Positions 37,402-50,188 of a stretch of DNA of 64,000 bases are shown piece after piece. The notes beneath the pieces were generated by a model. That model was not told the origin of the DNA and did no database searches. It saw only the letters and a program-made list of their open reading frames with translations. Every line of letters starts with the position of its first letter. Positions within the stretch are counted from its first letter, which is position 1. A program made the position numbers and the translations under genes. The stretch is taken from positions 496,001-560,000 of the forward strand of contig CBFDEM010000038.1 in the NCBI GenBank assembly GCA_965603825.1, given 5' to 3'. The stretch comes from Blepharisma stoltei ATCC 30299 (lineage: Eukaryota > Protista > Ciliophora).

Positions 37402-39021
37402 TTAAAGTTCTATATTATTAACTGACATAAGTGTTTGGTTCCCTGATAGTGATATGCTCAAGCCATCCAGGTTCATTAAGCTGGCTTCTAAATTTGAGTG
37501 GCTTATAGGGCGCTTTTCAGTTTGAAGGTTTTGAGGACCCTGAATATTGCCATTCATAAAAGGCTGGGGCTGGAAAGAGTTCCCATTTGAAAATCCATTC
37601 GTCCTTGGATTGAACTGATTAAAAGTTCCTTGAGGAGAATTGTAGGCAAAGCTATTTGGGGTAGGATAAGGATTTTGGAAATTTTGGGCTTGCATATATG
37701 GGTTTTGAGCGGTAAATTGAGGGTTCGGTATTGGATTATTGTAAAATTGATTTTGGGGGTAATAAAGGTTTTGAGCTGGAACTTGAGGGTTCTGTTTGGG
37801 ATAAACAGAATATGAAGGTTCAATACTCACAGAGTCAAAGGGATCTGAATAAGCTGGTGCTGCTTTGGTTTGCTGAGTAGCTGAAGCTTCATCAAATGGG
37901 TTATAAGAATTTGATGGATAGCTACTATTGAAACTTGGCATTGACTGCTGGAGCACAGGCTTTGGAATATCTGTTGTAAACAAGTCAGCTAATAATTCTT
38001 GGGTTGAAGGGGTTGGTGTAACTGGCTCTGCAGCGAAGCCATTTGCTAAACTCTTTGAATTTGGGAGGTTTGTAACGCTGTGTGAGTGTTGGTTCGGTTT
38101 TTGCTTTAATTGTGTTCCTTTAAAGAAATCTGGCTTACTTTGACTGCTGCCATTAGTTATCCCATTATTCTGACTTATAGGAGGGAATTCTTGTGCTTCC
38201 TGATTAATTTTCCTTTTTTGGTCTTTTACTTGGATTCCTTTAAAAATGTCTTGCTTAGGCTTTTCTTGGAATTCTTGCTTAGGTTTTTCTTGAAAAATGT
38301 CTACCTTTGGCCTCTGATTGAAAATATCTTTGAAGCTCTCCGGCGCCTCTGTCGGCTCTTGCTTGCTTTCAGGCTGCCTATTCACAGCAGCTGGACTAAT
38401 TTTGGCCTGCTCATACCAAGGTTCATTCTGTACAGGCGCCGGATTTTTTTCAATGATTTTGGTCTGTGGTGGCTCATAATTGTAATTGCTAATCGGTTCT
38501 TCATATTTCATCACCTGTGGAGGATTTTGATGGCTACCTACTTCTTTTGACGAAATCGACATAAACCTCTCCCTCTGTATTCTACCTGCAGCCCTTTCTT
38601 CTTGCAAAAACTGTTCATTACTTAAAAGGTGGACTATTTGCCTTACCTTTGTCCTGACCACATCGCCTTGCTCCAATCCTTTTTCCCTATACGAAAATTC
38701 CAGTAAAGCCCTAACTCTGGCTTGGTTGGTTTGTATATCAGACAAAATATAGTTTGACCCTACCTTTATGAGTGTTTCTATCAGTGTAAGGGTCTTGCTA
38801 ATTTTTTTCCAGTCTTTTTCAGGTGCTTTTAAGTAATGCCAAATTGCCTTTGAGATGACTGGGACTTCTTCGGTGTTGAAGCTCTTGTCGGCAATTGAGT
38901 AAAGTGAGCTTTTGGAAGGTACCGAGTCGTTATTCTTTGTCACTTCCGAAATGAGCTTTTCTAGTGGCGTTTTTGTAAGTTTATGCTTCAAGTTTGTTGC
39001 TGCTTTCTTAAATCTCTCCAT
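37402..39021 (-). CDS. ENTH-domain (epsin-related) endocytic adaptor
   Basis: N-terminal ENTH segment (WKKISKTLTLIETLIKVGS...QGDVVRTKV); disordered tail with NPF, DPF and DIF motifs. Confidence 0.88.
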   Translation of the reverse strand: MERFKKAATNLKHKLTKTPLEKLISEVTKNNDSVPSKSSLYSIADKSFNTEEVPVISKAIWHYLKAPEKDWKKISKTLTLIETLIKVGSNYILSDIQTNQARVRALLEFSYREKGLEQGDVVRTKVRQIVHLLSNEQFLQEERAAGRIQRERFMSISSKEVGSHQNPPQVMKYEEPISNYNYEPPQTKIIEKNPAPVQNEPWYEQAKISPAAVNRQPESKQEPTEAPESFKDIFNQRPKVDIFQEKPKQEFQEKPKQDIFKGIQVKDQKRKINQEAQEFPPISQNNGITNGSSQSKPDFFKGTQLKQKPNQHSHSVTNLPNSKSLANGFAAEPVTPTPSTQELLADLFTTDIPKPVLQQSMPSFNSSYPSNSYNPFDEASATQQTKAAPAYSDPFDSVSIEPSYSVYPKQNPQVPAQNLYYPQNQFYNNPIPNPQFTAQNPYMQAQNFQNPYPTPNSFAYNSPQGTFNQFNPRTNGFSNGNSFQPQPFMNGNIQGPQNLQTEKRPISHSNLEASLMNLDGLSISLSGNQTLMSVNNIEL

Positions 39022-39269
39022 TTTATCAGATAATTATAAGCTTCTTAACGACCCAAGGTGTTGAGAATATTTATAGAGAGTGGAAAAAGCAGAGATATGG
39101 TAAAAAAATGATGCCAAAAAGTAAAAAAAGTTATTAAATACGGCTACTTCGCATGAGATGCGAAAATGTGTGGAGAATTTTGATATAAAACGTAATAAAA
39201 ATCCTTTATAAAGCTATTTTGTAACCTAAATTATTTGAAATTTAAACCTGATTAATTTAAACATAAGTA

Positions 39270-42200
39270 TTATTCTTCTCGAATAATCCCTTTCTGCCTT
39301 ATTTTCTCAAAGAAACTGCTTGCAGCTATTTCTGAAGACTTCAGTTTGGAAACATCTCTTCCTTCACTCACAAACTCTTCATCTAAAAACACCCTAGTCA
39401 CAAACTCAGAGGATTCTGGGTTCCTATAGTTTTCCACCTTATACCTCTGTATTCTTACACTCCCAATCTTCTGCTTTTGGGCCCACATAAGCAATCTCGA
39501 GTGTGGGTGCTCCTCAATTCCCTTTGGATTCGATATGTGCTCTATATGATTTTTCATAATTTTGAAGATAATATCTTTGCACACCTCAAAAGACCCTGAA
39601 TCAAGATATACTGCCCCTACAAGTGACTCTATTTGGTCAGCTAAAACTTTCAGTCCAGGATCAGGGAATTTCTTCATGTCGATTTCTCCTTCTAATTCCA
39701 TCCTTTCTTTAGCTTGGACAAGTGCTTTAATGTCTTTTGCTAAATCAGCATTATCATGCTTTAGATGCTTATATAGCCCAAGCTCAAAATTCAGCAAGGC
39801 AAAAAACCTATTATTGACTCCAGCTGTTTTCATTTTGCTTAAAAGCCCTGGAGTTGCCTCTGGGTTTTTTATCATTAAATGCTCTAGGACCACCAAATCA
39901 ATAACAGCGTCGCCTAAAAACTCTAGTCTTTGGTAATCGCAGCCTTTCATAAGAGACGGATGGGTCATTGCTTCTGCAAATAAATCCTTATTTTTGAACT
40001 CATAGCCAATTTTAAATTCAATGTCTGTAAACTCCCCTTCGATTTTCCCATAGTCAATTACAGCTGGAGGATGATCAATCAGCTTAAAGTTAGCTAACAG
40101 CTGAGTCGCTAGCTCAAATCCGCCTTCTAAATAAGCAGCCCCGATAAGCGCTTCAATGCAGTCAGCTAGCTGCTTGTGACTGATTTCTACTACAGTGTTA
40201 GAAGGCTTGAAGTAGAGCTCTCCATCTTCTTCTAAAGTTTTGTCCCAGCCAAGCTCATCACAAGCCTCCTTTTCATTTTCTTCGTCGCTTGAGCTTGGGA
40301 TTTCTATATCGTCATTAAAAATCTCATTCATCCCTGGGGCAAGCCATCTTTTTGTATTCAGTGGCTTAACTTGCATATATCTGTATATTTTAAGCTGTAA
40401 GGCAAGCTTAAATAACCGATGGTTTGAAATAATTTCTATACGCTTTTTTGTGAGGAGGCCTTCTGGATCTCCTGGATTTATGTGGTAGAGATAGATTGAG
40501 GTAAGGTATTTGAGGACACAGTCACCTAGAATTTCTAGTCTTTCGTAGTTAGAGAGCTCCAGGGCACTTGTGGAGGTTATTGCTTCGATTATTTTGGTGG
40601 AAGGTAAGGGGATGTCGATTTCTTGCTTAAGATTGATCATCAGGAATATCTTGTTGAGCTTGTTCAGAATAGAAGGGGTAAATTTGCCTAGCAGAAGATA
40701 TTCAGCTGGGATCGGAAAAATCTGAGCTAAATCGTGGGGAATATAAGCAGTTCGGGAATGGTCTTTCCCTGGATTCAGCTTTGGACGATCAAATTGCCTA
40801 AATGTCCCAAGTTTTCTTGCTATATAAACAACTGAGCTTTCTAAGTTTAGCCCATATTTTGTATGATAGTATTCTTCAACCGACCAAACTCTATGCCTAT
40901 GCTGATCCTCAAATTCATAGTCCAAACCATCCTTAATTTCTTCATAAACAACAAAAAACTCATGCAGATGCGTCGTGTATATTACTTTTCCAACCGCGTC
41001 AAATTTCGCATCATTTGGCTGCTTTACAAAGTCAATTGCATTATTAATAGTTTCCCAATCAATCTCATCCCCCAATAATGGTATCACACAAGTAGGGATT
41101 TCAGTAATTTCTTTATTCCCAAAAATCCCAATTTTTTCATTTTTCCTGATTTTTTCAGCCAGATTTTTGTACCTCATACCTAAAATTGAGTTAAAAATGA
41201 TATGGAAGGTTTGAATTTTTAATAATTCTTCATTTGTATAGGTCTTTAAATTTAATAGCACTGGCATTGCCGTAAACGGGAATAAATTGCATTTTCCGCA
41301 ACTTTCGTTAGGGTCGTGAAAGCTTTTGTCATGCTTAATATCAATCCCACGGTATCTGAATAAATTGTAAGGAAACACTGTAAAAGGCTCTCCTGGAATT
41401 TCAACTGATGATAAAATCCCAATATAAAGTGAACAATTTTCAGGAAAAACTGGATTCAGCTGGATTTTATATAAAAATAAATGTGCGTCTTGTCTAGCAC
41501 GGATAGTGAAAAGGGAAAAGATCTGTGGCATAAGAGTCATAGACGTGAAATCTTCTTTTGAACGCTTTGCTCTGATTCTTCCTCCGTTTTTGTTAATAAA
41601 TTCAATTTCAGGATCATCGTGTGGGTATTCTTTTTCAGTTGAATTTTCAGCCCATGTTGGTCTTAAATGCTTATTTAGCAGCCCAGCGCTAAATAGTTCT
41701 CCGACAGCTTGCAGGCTTGCGTCTTCTTTTGATTCGTTTTCTTTAGGCCAGAGTTTGCTTGATCTAATTGGTGATATTTTAAAAAGCTTAGGAAGCTTCA
41801 ATGTGCATAAATATCCTCCTCTTAAGCTATTAACCCCAGGAATAGTGCATTCTCCAGGCCGATAATACTTATATTCATAATGTGGCTTTAAAACTGTATA
41901 TTGGTCAGTCGGGTATTTTTTGCAGAACTCTTTAATAAATTTTACACTCCATTCGATGCACACTTTTGCCCCAGTTTCTGGGTTTTCGTAGTACTGAGGA
42001 TTAGGCATCTTTCGGACTGGCTTTGAGAAATTTTCATCAGCAATTGTTTTAAGCCAGGAAATGGCGTCCTCAAAGCCATTTAGCTGTGCCTCCATATCTT
42101 TTTTATTACCATGCTCCACAAGTACCATAAAAGTTGAGTTTTGGTCTCTAGCTCTCCCTTTTGACTGCACATAAGACCTTAGATTAGTAGAAGACCCATC

Positions 42201-43475
42201 AAAACGAATCACTAAATCACAGGATGGAATATCAAGCCCTTCCTCAATTATAGTCGTTGCTACCAAAACATTGAAGTCTTTATTTTTAAATCCTTCTATA
42301 GTCTCCCTTTGACAGCGGCCTTTCATTCTATATGTCCTAAAATTTCCTCCTCCAGTGGTTTTTCCTATCAATTTTCCAGCTTTTATTTCATAACTTCCTT
42401 CAGCAGAAAAAATTTCATTCAGTAAATCAGCTAAGTATCAAACAGTGATTTTTCTTTCTGCTAAAACTATGACTTGAGAGGAATTCTCTTTGCCTTCGAA
42501 ATGTTTTTTAAGCTCATTGACGAGCAGCTTGACTCTTTCTGATATATCCATTCTATTGTTTATAAGCTTTGTAATTTCATGCTTTATTGACTGATTTTCG
42601 GCTCTTAAACAAAGTTCACGTAAGTAGAGAAACAGTCCTCGCCTTCCGAGCAAATTCAGCAAATATAATCCATAGTTGTTGATTTCGGTGACTAATAAAG
42701 TTGATTCTTCACATGCAGGAAGGTTTTCCAGACTTCTTAAAACAAATTCAAAATTGACCTGCTGGCCAATCTTTACCTCTTTTACTACAAATATCGGCTT
42801 ATTCGCAATACTTGCTACGCTTTCTCTATCTATTGAGGCAAATTCGCAGTCAAGAAACAAGCATAAATTTTCTAAATCATCCTTTAAGTTGCCTTTTTGC
42901 TGCAAATTTCCATGAATAACAGGAGATGCAGTTAAGCCCATGACTTTTGGCTTGTATTTAGAGTTATGATAAAATTCCTTCATAATGCTCATATAAGGGT
43001 GGTTTCCATTGCAATGATGGCACTCGTCAAAAATCATCAAGGAAAATTGGTTTAATCGGAGATATCCGTATCTAAGTGCATTTAAAAACAGCTGGGGTGT
43101 TATCACTATTAATTGGACTCTTTCTAAGGCTTCTTGCCAAGTTTGATAATCCCATCGATCTGCAATTTCGCCTTCAAGGCCTATAGATATAATTTCGAAG
43201 TTTTTCGAGTATGAGGCTTGTTGGTGCACCAAGGCAATATTTGGGGCTAAGAAAACAGATTTGCCAAGGGTTTCTTTTATGAGATTCATTGCTATAAAAG
43301 TTTTCCCTGTTCCTGTATCTAGGAATGCGATGATGTTTTTTTGACGGGCGATATCTAAAACTTGCAGCTGATAAGCCCTTGGGTGATTTTTTTCAATATT
43401 GAGGTCGTCATCGAAATCAGGGGAGTCTAGTTCGTCAGATTCGTGAGAATTTTGAGAGTAATTAGAAGAGCTCAT
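39270..43475 (-). CDS. DCR: Dicer: helicase, DUF283, PAZ-like region, 2 x RNase III, dsRBD (~1401 aa)
   Basis: TGTGKT, DECHH, GLTAS, EEGLD, YVQSKGRAR, ERLEILGD, QRLEFLGD. The two track ORFs are joined by a single TGA at 42438-42440. Confidence 0.95.
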
Positions 43476-44026
43476 ATTTATATATGTTCATATTTCATGA
43501 GGGAAAAATGTTTAAATTTAGGGAAAAATGAAATTCTATAGATAATAAATTAGATATTATTGATAAGAGAGGGTTAAAGATAGACCGCATCAGGCTAAGA
43601 ATAAACTGAAGCAAATTTTAAGAATTTTAATTCTAATTAGAGCTAAAGTTAATTTGTCATCTAATAGCATATGCAGCATTAATTTTTGATTAAGATTTTA
43701 ATAGTTTATGTATTGGAAAAGAAATATTTCGTTTTAAGCTTTCTCTCATAACTACTCAAAAGAATATAAATGTATTTAAGTGTCAAAATAAAACTTTTAT
43801 ATAAATTCAGTTATCTAGACTTTTCTTAGCAATAGGAAAGAAATAATACATACACAAAAACTATAGATATATTATAAAAGTTAATAGTCACTAACAAGAT
43901 TGGTATTCTCTAACACTAAATCAATACCACCTTTTTTCATGCACTTCTTATGAAAATCTCTATATCTCCATCCCATCATTATCAATTTTATTTAATCATC
44001 TTCCGATATTCTCGTCATAATCAAAA

Positions 44027-45994
44027 ATGGATCGACAACAGTTTAAAGAAACAAAAAAGATCCTCGAGCACTCCCCACAATGCAAAAACTCAGGGTCAAG
44101 AGCCTTCAAAAACACAGCTTCTTCTATAAATGAAGAAGACAGCAGCCCTCCCTTTGGCTCTGAAGATGAAATTTTTGATTCTTTTAGCATCATGGGGTCA
44201 ATCAGTGAAGGTGTCCAAGTCCAAAAGGTCCCTAAAGTCGAAATGAGCCCGAAAATTATTAAAGTCGAAGCTGCACCTCTTGATGCGCATTTAGAGAAGC
44301 GCTTATACGACTTCTTCAGAGACCCATCACAAGATGATTTCGTTGGCAAGCTTTCTGACCTTGATAAATCGAGCGAAACTACAGAGCCAACCCAGGAGGG
44401 GAACGAAAGGATGAACCAAGCTCTATGAGACGCAGCTGAAGCAAATCAATATGAAACCTGCAGAATGCTCATGGACAAGCATCTTCATGGAGATATAGTG
44501 GCCGATGTTAATAGCCACATGGCAGGTGGACTTACAGCCCTTCATATAGCTGCACTCAAAGGGCACGTCAAAGTATGCGAAACACTATTGGATTATGGAG
44601 ACAGCACAGATTTAAACTCACAAGATGCCTCATTGAGGACTCCTTTACATTTGGCATGCATGCACGCAAAGCTGCAAGTGGCTCAGCTACTAGTCAGGTC
44701 AGGAGCTTTTTTAAATGCAGTCGACATTGATGGGAACACGCCTTTGCATTATGCAGTTTTGACTGAAGATAAAGACTTCCTCCATTGAATTTTGTGCAGG
44801 TTCCCAGACTTGAACTTAAAAAACAACCAAGGGAAAACTGCTTTAGAAATGACAGACAAAATCAGTATCCACGAAATGGCAGAAAAGAAGCGGTCACCAC
44901 CTCCGCTGATTGATATGACCCCTCAGAGAATAAAAATCAGGAACTCAATAGACGAAATAGCTGACTTTATGATGCAAAGGGTTTCTAATGTAAAATGCCC
45001 TTTTAGCATCCCAGAAACCCCACATCCAGAAAAGAAAAGGATTTCTCCACTTGATTTTCAAGCAATACAACAAATTGGAAAAGGCAGTTTTGGAGAAGTT
45101 TTTTTAGTAGAAAAGAAAGACACCCATGAACAATTTGCAATGAAAATCTTGAGGAAAAATAAAGTAATGGGGCAGAATATTGTGAAATATGCTATGACTG
45201 AGAGAAATGTCCTGAGCTATATGAAGCATCCATTTATTGTAGGGCTAAAATATGCATTTCAAACCCAAAATAAGCTTTTTTTAATATTGGATTATTGCCC
45301 AGGAGGGGATTTAGGATCCCATATAGCTAGAGAAAAAAGGTTCAGTGAAACTAGGGCAAGAATTTACCTTTGTGAAATTTTGGTAGCATTAGAAGAGCTG
45401 CATAAGCGAGATATCATTTTTAGAGACTTAAAGCCAGATAATGTCGTTTTAGACTCAGAAGGCCACGCAATGTTAACGGATTTTGGGTTGTCTAAAGAAG
45501 GGGTCTTAGATAACTTCTCAGCAAAATCCTTTTGTGGATCTGTCGCATACTTAGCCCCAGAAATGCTAAAGCGACAAGGCCATGGCAAAGCTGTTGACTG
45601 GTATTTATTAGGAGTTTTACTATATGAAATGCTGGTAGGAATCCCGCCTTATTTTTCTCACAATAAAGACCAACTTTTCCATAATATCCAGCATTCGACA
45701 TTAAAAATCCCTACAAGTCTGAGCCCAGATGCTAAAAGTCTGATGAAAGGCTTATTACAAAGAGAACCATCTAAAAGGCTAGGAAGCCGACGAGATGCTG
45801 AAGAAATCAAAGAGCATCATTTCTTTTATGGGATAAACTGGGACTCAGTTATGAGAAGGGAGTTGAGGCCACCACGGCCTCCTAAGCCAATTATGGTCCA
45901 TGGGACTGTTTCTCAAGAAAGGGTAGTGGCTGCAGAAAGCTTGGTGAATAATGAGACCACCCACTTGACTGGCTGGACATTTATATCTGAATAA
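44027..45994 (+). CDS. Ankyrin-repeat AGC-group kinase (~655 aa)
   Basis: Three track ORFs share a frame, joined by TGA. TALHIAA/TPLHLAC/TPLHYAV ankyrin repeats. GKGSFG, RDLKPDN, DFG, CGSVAYLAPE. Confidence 0.92.
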
Positions 45995-46066
45995 TGTAAA
46001 ATGCTTAATTAAGTAATAATTATGGATTTTATGAAATTTTAATTAATTATTTAAAAGGAAAATCAA

Positions 46067-46699
46067 ATGTCGAGGAGGTCGCCGTTTATTAAAGTTGAAG
46101 CACTTATGGATAAATTGTCTAAAGACTACCCAGCGCTGAATAAAACAGTAATTCCTACAATTTCACATAGATCTACACCTGTGGGAAGAAATATGACTCC
46201 TGTAAGGCCGACTATTCCTCCGGATTTTGCTATAATGATGCTTAAGGAAAACACGAAATTTGCGAAAATAAAAGACTTGAAGCTAGCGAAGCCACCTAAA
46301 AGGCCAACTCCTTTGACAGTAAAAGTCCATGAGTATGAAGCTGAAACTTCATTGAATTGTTTCATGAAACACATCGCTACTGAGTCTTATGAACGATATT
46401 TATCGGAAAGGGCGCCAGGTTTTAGGAAAGGAAAAGAAATATATGTAAAAATCCCAGAAGGGAATGCTAAGAAAAGGAAAAGAAAAGTTGGGAAAATGGC
46501 TTGCTTAAGTCCAAGTAATTTGGAATTGTTGGGGCAGAAAGAGTTTTCGAATACTCAGCCTGAATTTATTAAAAAAAATCTGACTTCAGTTAATCGAAGA
46601 TTGCAGAAAACCGTCAAAAACTGGTGCCTAGCTGAAATGAAAAAGAAAAGCACAGATTTACAGTTAATTGATCATTACACATTTAGATCTAAGCATTAG
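46067..46699 (+). CDS. Hypothetical basic protein (210 aa)
   Basis: ATG-TAG ORF with coding composition; no domain recognised. Confidence 0.75.
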   Translation: MSRRSPFIKVEALMDKLSKDYPALNKTVIPTISHRSTPVGRNMTPVRPTIPPDFAIMMLKENTKFAKIKDLKLAKPPKRPTPLTVKVHEYEAETSLNCFMKHIATESYERYLSERAPGFRKGKEIYVKIPEGNAKKRKRKVGKMACLSPSNLELLGQKEFSNTQPEFIKKNLTSVNRRLQKTVKNWCLAEMKKKSTDLQLIDHYTFRSKH

Positions 46700-47027
46700 A
46701 GTGTTTTGGTATTTTACGAGAGTATAAGCTGAGATAATTTTTTCAACTTTAAATTGATATTTTCCAAATATCTTTAAATTTAAAAAAATAGATATGAAGA
46801 ATATTTTTTTGGTAATTTTATACAATCTATCTCGTTAGAAAATCTAATAAGCTCAGTTCCTTGTAGAATTGTCTATAATAAATCTGTCAAAAATTCAATT
46901 CTTTCCTAATAAGCTTTTAGAGCAAATCATTTTATCTCCTCATTAAGAATTTAATAACGGTAAATCAGTATTAAAATCATTTAGCCTGCTTTTCTTCAAC
47001 TTTTCTAATTCCATATTGAATTAACGT

Positions 47028-48833
47028 ATGCAAGTATCAGAGCTGGAATTATTTAAAGAAGCAAGTAAAGAGCCTAAATTTTTATATCAGTACACTGACG
47101 CTCAGGTCATGAAGATTTTATATAAAGTTTGGTCTGGGTTCACCAAGTTTATCAGGAGTTTAATTATGCAAGGACGGAATGTTAATTGTATGGAATTCGG
47201 AAGATTTATTTGTGGGTCTGAAAATAAGGTAAAATTCATCCCAAATCAAAAATTTCTCAGTTCAGGCGGATTTTCTTCACATCTAGAAGAAGAAAAAATT
47301 GATAAAAGTAAAGACCAACATATAAGTTACTCTGCTATTGCGTATGCAGCTAATTTAGACCGAGAAGTAGTTAATAAAGCTATAAAAGAGATTATAGGTA
47401 CAGCAATAAAAGTATCAAGCAGTGGGAGAAATGTGAAACTTGATATGAGGGTTGGGGTGCTAATTATTGGGAATAAAACTTTTGAGTTTAAATATGGGTT
47501 AGAGTCTGGGACAAGAGCAGAAGGCCAGAGATCTCCAAGCTTAAGTTCAGCAAAAACTCCATCAACAAGCAGATGCACTATTTTTCGTCCTGATTCTGAA
47601 CAAAGTGCTGGATATCACCCATCAAATCCAAATCCTCGATACCAAGGCTTAAGTCCTGTCAAACTCAAGCCAATCCCAGAAAAAACTTCTGAAACCTCCA
47701 TACCTTGGCCTTATTTGCCAGAAGCCTACAACGACAAGGTCTCGCCTGGAAAAGGTACCAAAAAGCTAAACATCCCTCCCCCAATTTCTGCTCGAAAGCT
47801 TTTAAATGACCAAAGAGCACAAATTGAGCAAAAAAAAGAGAAAAAAGAAACAGAAAGCAAGCAAGCCAAAGAATACGAAAATAAACTGATAAAAGACATA
47901 AACCAAAGGCTGATTTCAGACAGAGAGTCAAAAGAAATCGCTGAATGAGAAAAAAAGCTGATTTTTATAGAAGGAAACAAAAAACAGCTAAGAGAGCACG
48001 ATGAAAAACGCAAGAAAATTAAAGAAGAAAGGAATAAAGAGTCTTATGATTATTTTCCTTTTACTCATGGAGATGCTCTTGAGCAGAAACAAAGAGAAAT
48101 TAAAGAAGAATGGCAAAAAGAAATGAACCAAGTCAGAGAAAAAAGCAGCTCAAAAGCACGCTCAAAACTATCAGACTCCTATATAGCACAATACCCAGTA
48201 TGGTTAAAACAAGATGAGTATGCACCGATAAGAAGAATTAATGAAGACCACGTAGAAATCGTAATGGATCAAGCTTTGCAAAGATATGAAGAGCAGCTGC
48301 AAAAAATTGAAGAAGAAAACGTTAAAAGAGAGGAATTAAATGAAAAACAAGACAATTTTAATAAAGCATTTGAAAAGCTGAAGTCCAAAGAAAGAGAAAA
48401 AGCTATCAGAGAAAACGAAAATATTTTACGAGAACAAATGAAAGAAAAAAAACTAAAAAAGAAAAAAGAAACAACAGAAAATAAAGAGCTTGAAAACACG
48501 AATTTCGGGCCAGATGAAGGGGTAAGTGAGCTTATGGAGGAGGCAGAAGAACAAGCCAAAATAAAAATGGAATTAAAAGAAGCTCTACAAACACAAATAA
48601 AAGTAAAAAACATATAGGAAAAGCATGAAAAGCTGAGAAAAAGGCAAAAAGAAGAAAGGGAAATGGATATTTCTCTAAATCAGCTGTTTGAAGAAGCTTG
48701 GGAAAACGAACAAATGAATTCCAAGCTAAAATCGCAAGCAAATAAGTAAGGATTATATAGGAACCTCTATAAAGAAGTCTGGCTTAAACAAATGAAAATG
48801 AGGCAGCTTCAAAATAATTTATCAAATGAATAA
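47028..48833 (+). CDS. CCDC81-like protein (HU-like N-terminal domains + coiled coil; ~591 aa, 2 introns)
   Basis: VWSGFTKFIRSLIMQGRNVNCMEFGRF and a second repeat (NVKLDMRVGVL) resemble CCDC81 HU domains. TGA 47946 and introns 48603 and 48746 extend it to TAA 48833. Confidence 0.75.
48603..48617 (+). other. 15-nt intron GTAAAAAACATATAG
   Basis: GT-AG, A at position 10; removes an in-frame TAG; coiled coil continues. Confidence 0.85.
48746..48760 (+). other. 15-nt intron GTAAGGATTATATAG
   Basis: GT-AG, A at position 10; removes an in-frame TAA. Confidence 0.8.
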
Positions 48834-48848
48834 ATTGTTAATTAATAA

Positions 48849-49091
48849 ATGGGTCTCAGAAATAAGAAAGATGCAGTCTCGAGTTTTGTGCTGAGAGCTC
48901 AAATGCTAATATTTTTAAGCATTTCAGCATGATTAGTTCACCATCGCTATCATAAAGATCCTCTTGAAAAGAAGTCAGCTAGATATGAGGCAGAAGATAT
49001 CTCTGTTTTCAATCTAATTAGGAGTCAAATTATTATGTCTGTGAACAACATGTTTAGAAAGCCTCCAAATGAGCCTAAGAAGCCTGAATAA
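48849..49091 (+). CDS. Small single-pass membrane protein (80 aa)
   Basis: ATG 48849 to TAA 49091 with one TGA inside the hydrophobic segment FVLRAQMLIFLSISAWLV. Absent from the ORF track. Confidence 0.6.
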
Positions 49092-49232
49092 TTTTAATCA
49101 CGATTACTAATAATTCTTGAGGTATTTTGGAAATTACTTAATTTAGTTAGAGTTTTGAAAAGGTTAAGCTTGTAATGAGATTAAAATAAATATAAAAATA
49201 AATAGAGAATTGCATTTCATAAGAGAAATAAT

Positions 49233-50108
49233 ATGGAATGAAGTAAAACAGAAGGCAAGAGCAGTGATCATAAACCAAAAGATTCTAAAATTATCCATAA
49301 GGAAACCCATTTAAAAGATCTTCCAGAAACACCATATATTTCATATATACCCAGGAAGGAGTGCTTGAGGACTTTTGACGTTTTAAAACAGGTTAAATCT
49401 GACTCTACGATAAATCTACCAATGCAACGAGGAAATATTAATGATATTAATGTAGTATTATGCCGGCTACCAGAAAACAAATATTTTTGTTATTGCTGTA
49501 GAGCTTTTGATGAAATTGGGACTGTTTTTTGTATTGATTCTCACAATCATTTAGAGATTTTTGAATCTGAACTGGCCTATTATCAATCATTTTGCGTTTA
49601 TTGTGATGGATTTGTATATGTTCTAGGAGGAAATAATAAATCTAGCCCATTGAGCCAGTGTATTAGGTTTAACTTATTCAAAAAGAGATGAGAACGTAGA
49701 GCTAATTTTGTAAATCAAATTTATTATTATTCAGGAGGGCAAATTCAAGGATTTATCATTTATTCTGCTATGAATGGAGTTAATATTTATGATCCTTTTG
49801 CCAATTCCCATCAAGAAGTACTATCTAATCTGTCCATTTCCAAGTTGGTTTTTGCAGGAAATTGCAAAGGGTACTGTCTAGAGTTTTCTGGAGGGATTTA
49901 TGAAAGTGATTTTAATAATATTTTTGCTTGGAAGCATGTGGGGAAGCTTTATTTTAAGTTTTCACCATTGCTGGGATATGAAGTTTGTATCCAAAATAAT
50001 ATTTATTTCACTTGCTGGCCATATGTTTATAAATTTAGCTTGAATAAGTACACTGTTGAGGAGTATTTTAGCTTTGAAAACCCTGAATCTTACTTAAAAG
50101 CTATATAA
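49233..50108 (+). CDS. Kelch-like beta-propeller protein (~291 aa)
   Basis: One frame via TGA=Trp; FVYVLGG...CIRFNLFKKR-W Kelch blade. Confidence 0.8.
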
Positions 50109-50188
50109 ATGGTAAGTAGTTTTATAGAAATCACGAAATTTACGAAGTCCAGTTTTTATAAATTTTTTAATAAACTTATAATTTTAAT

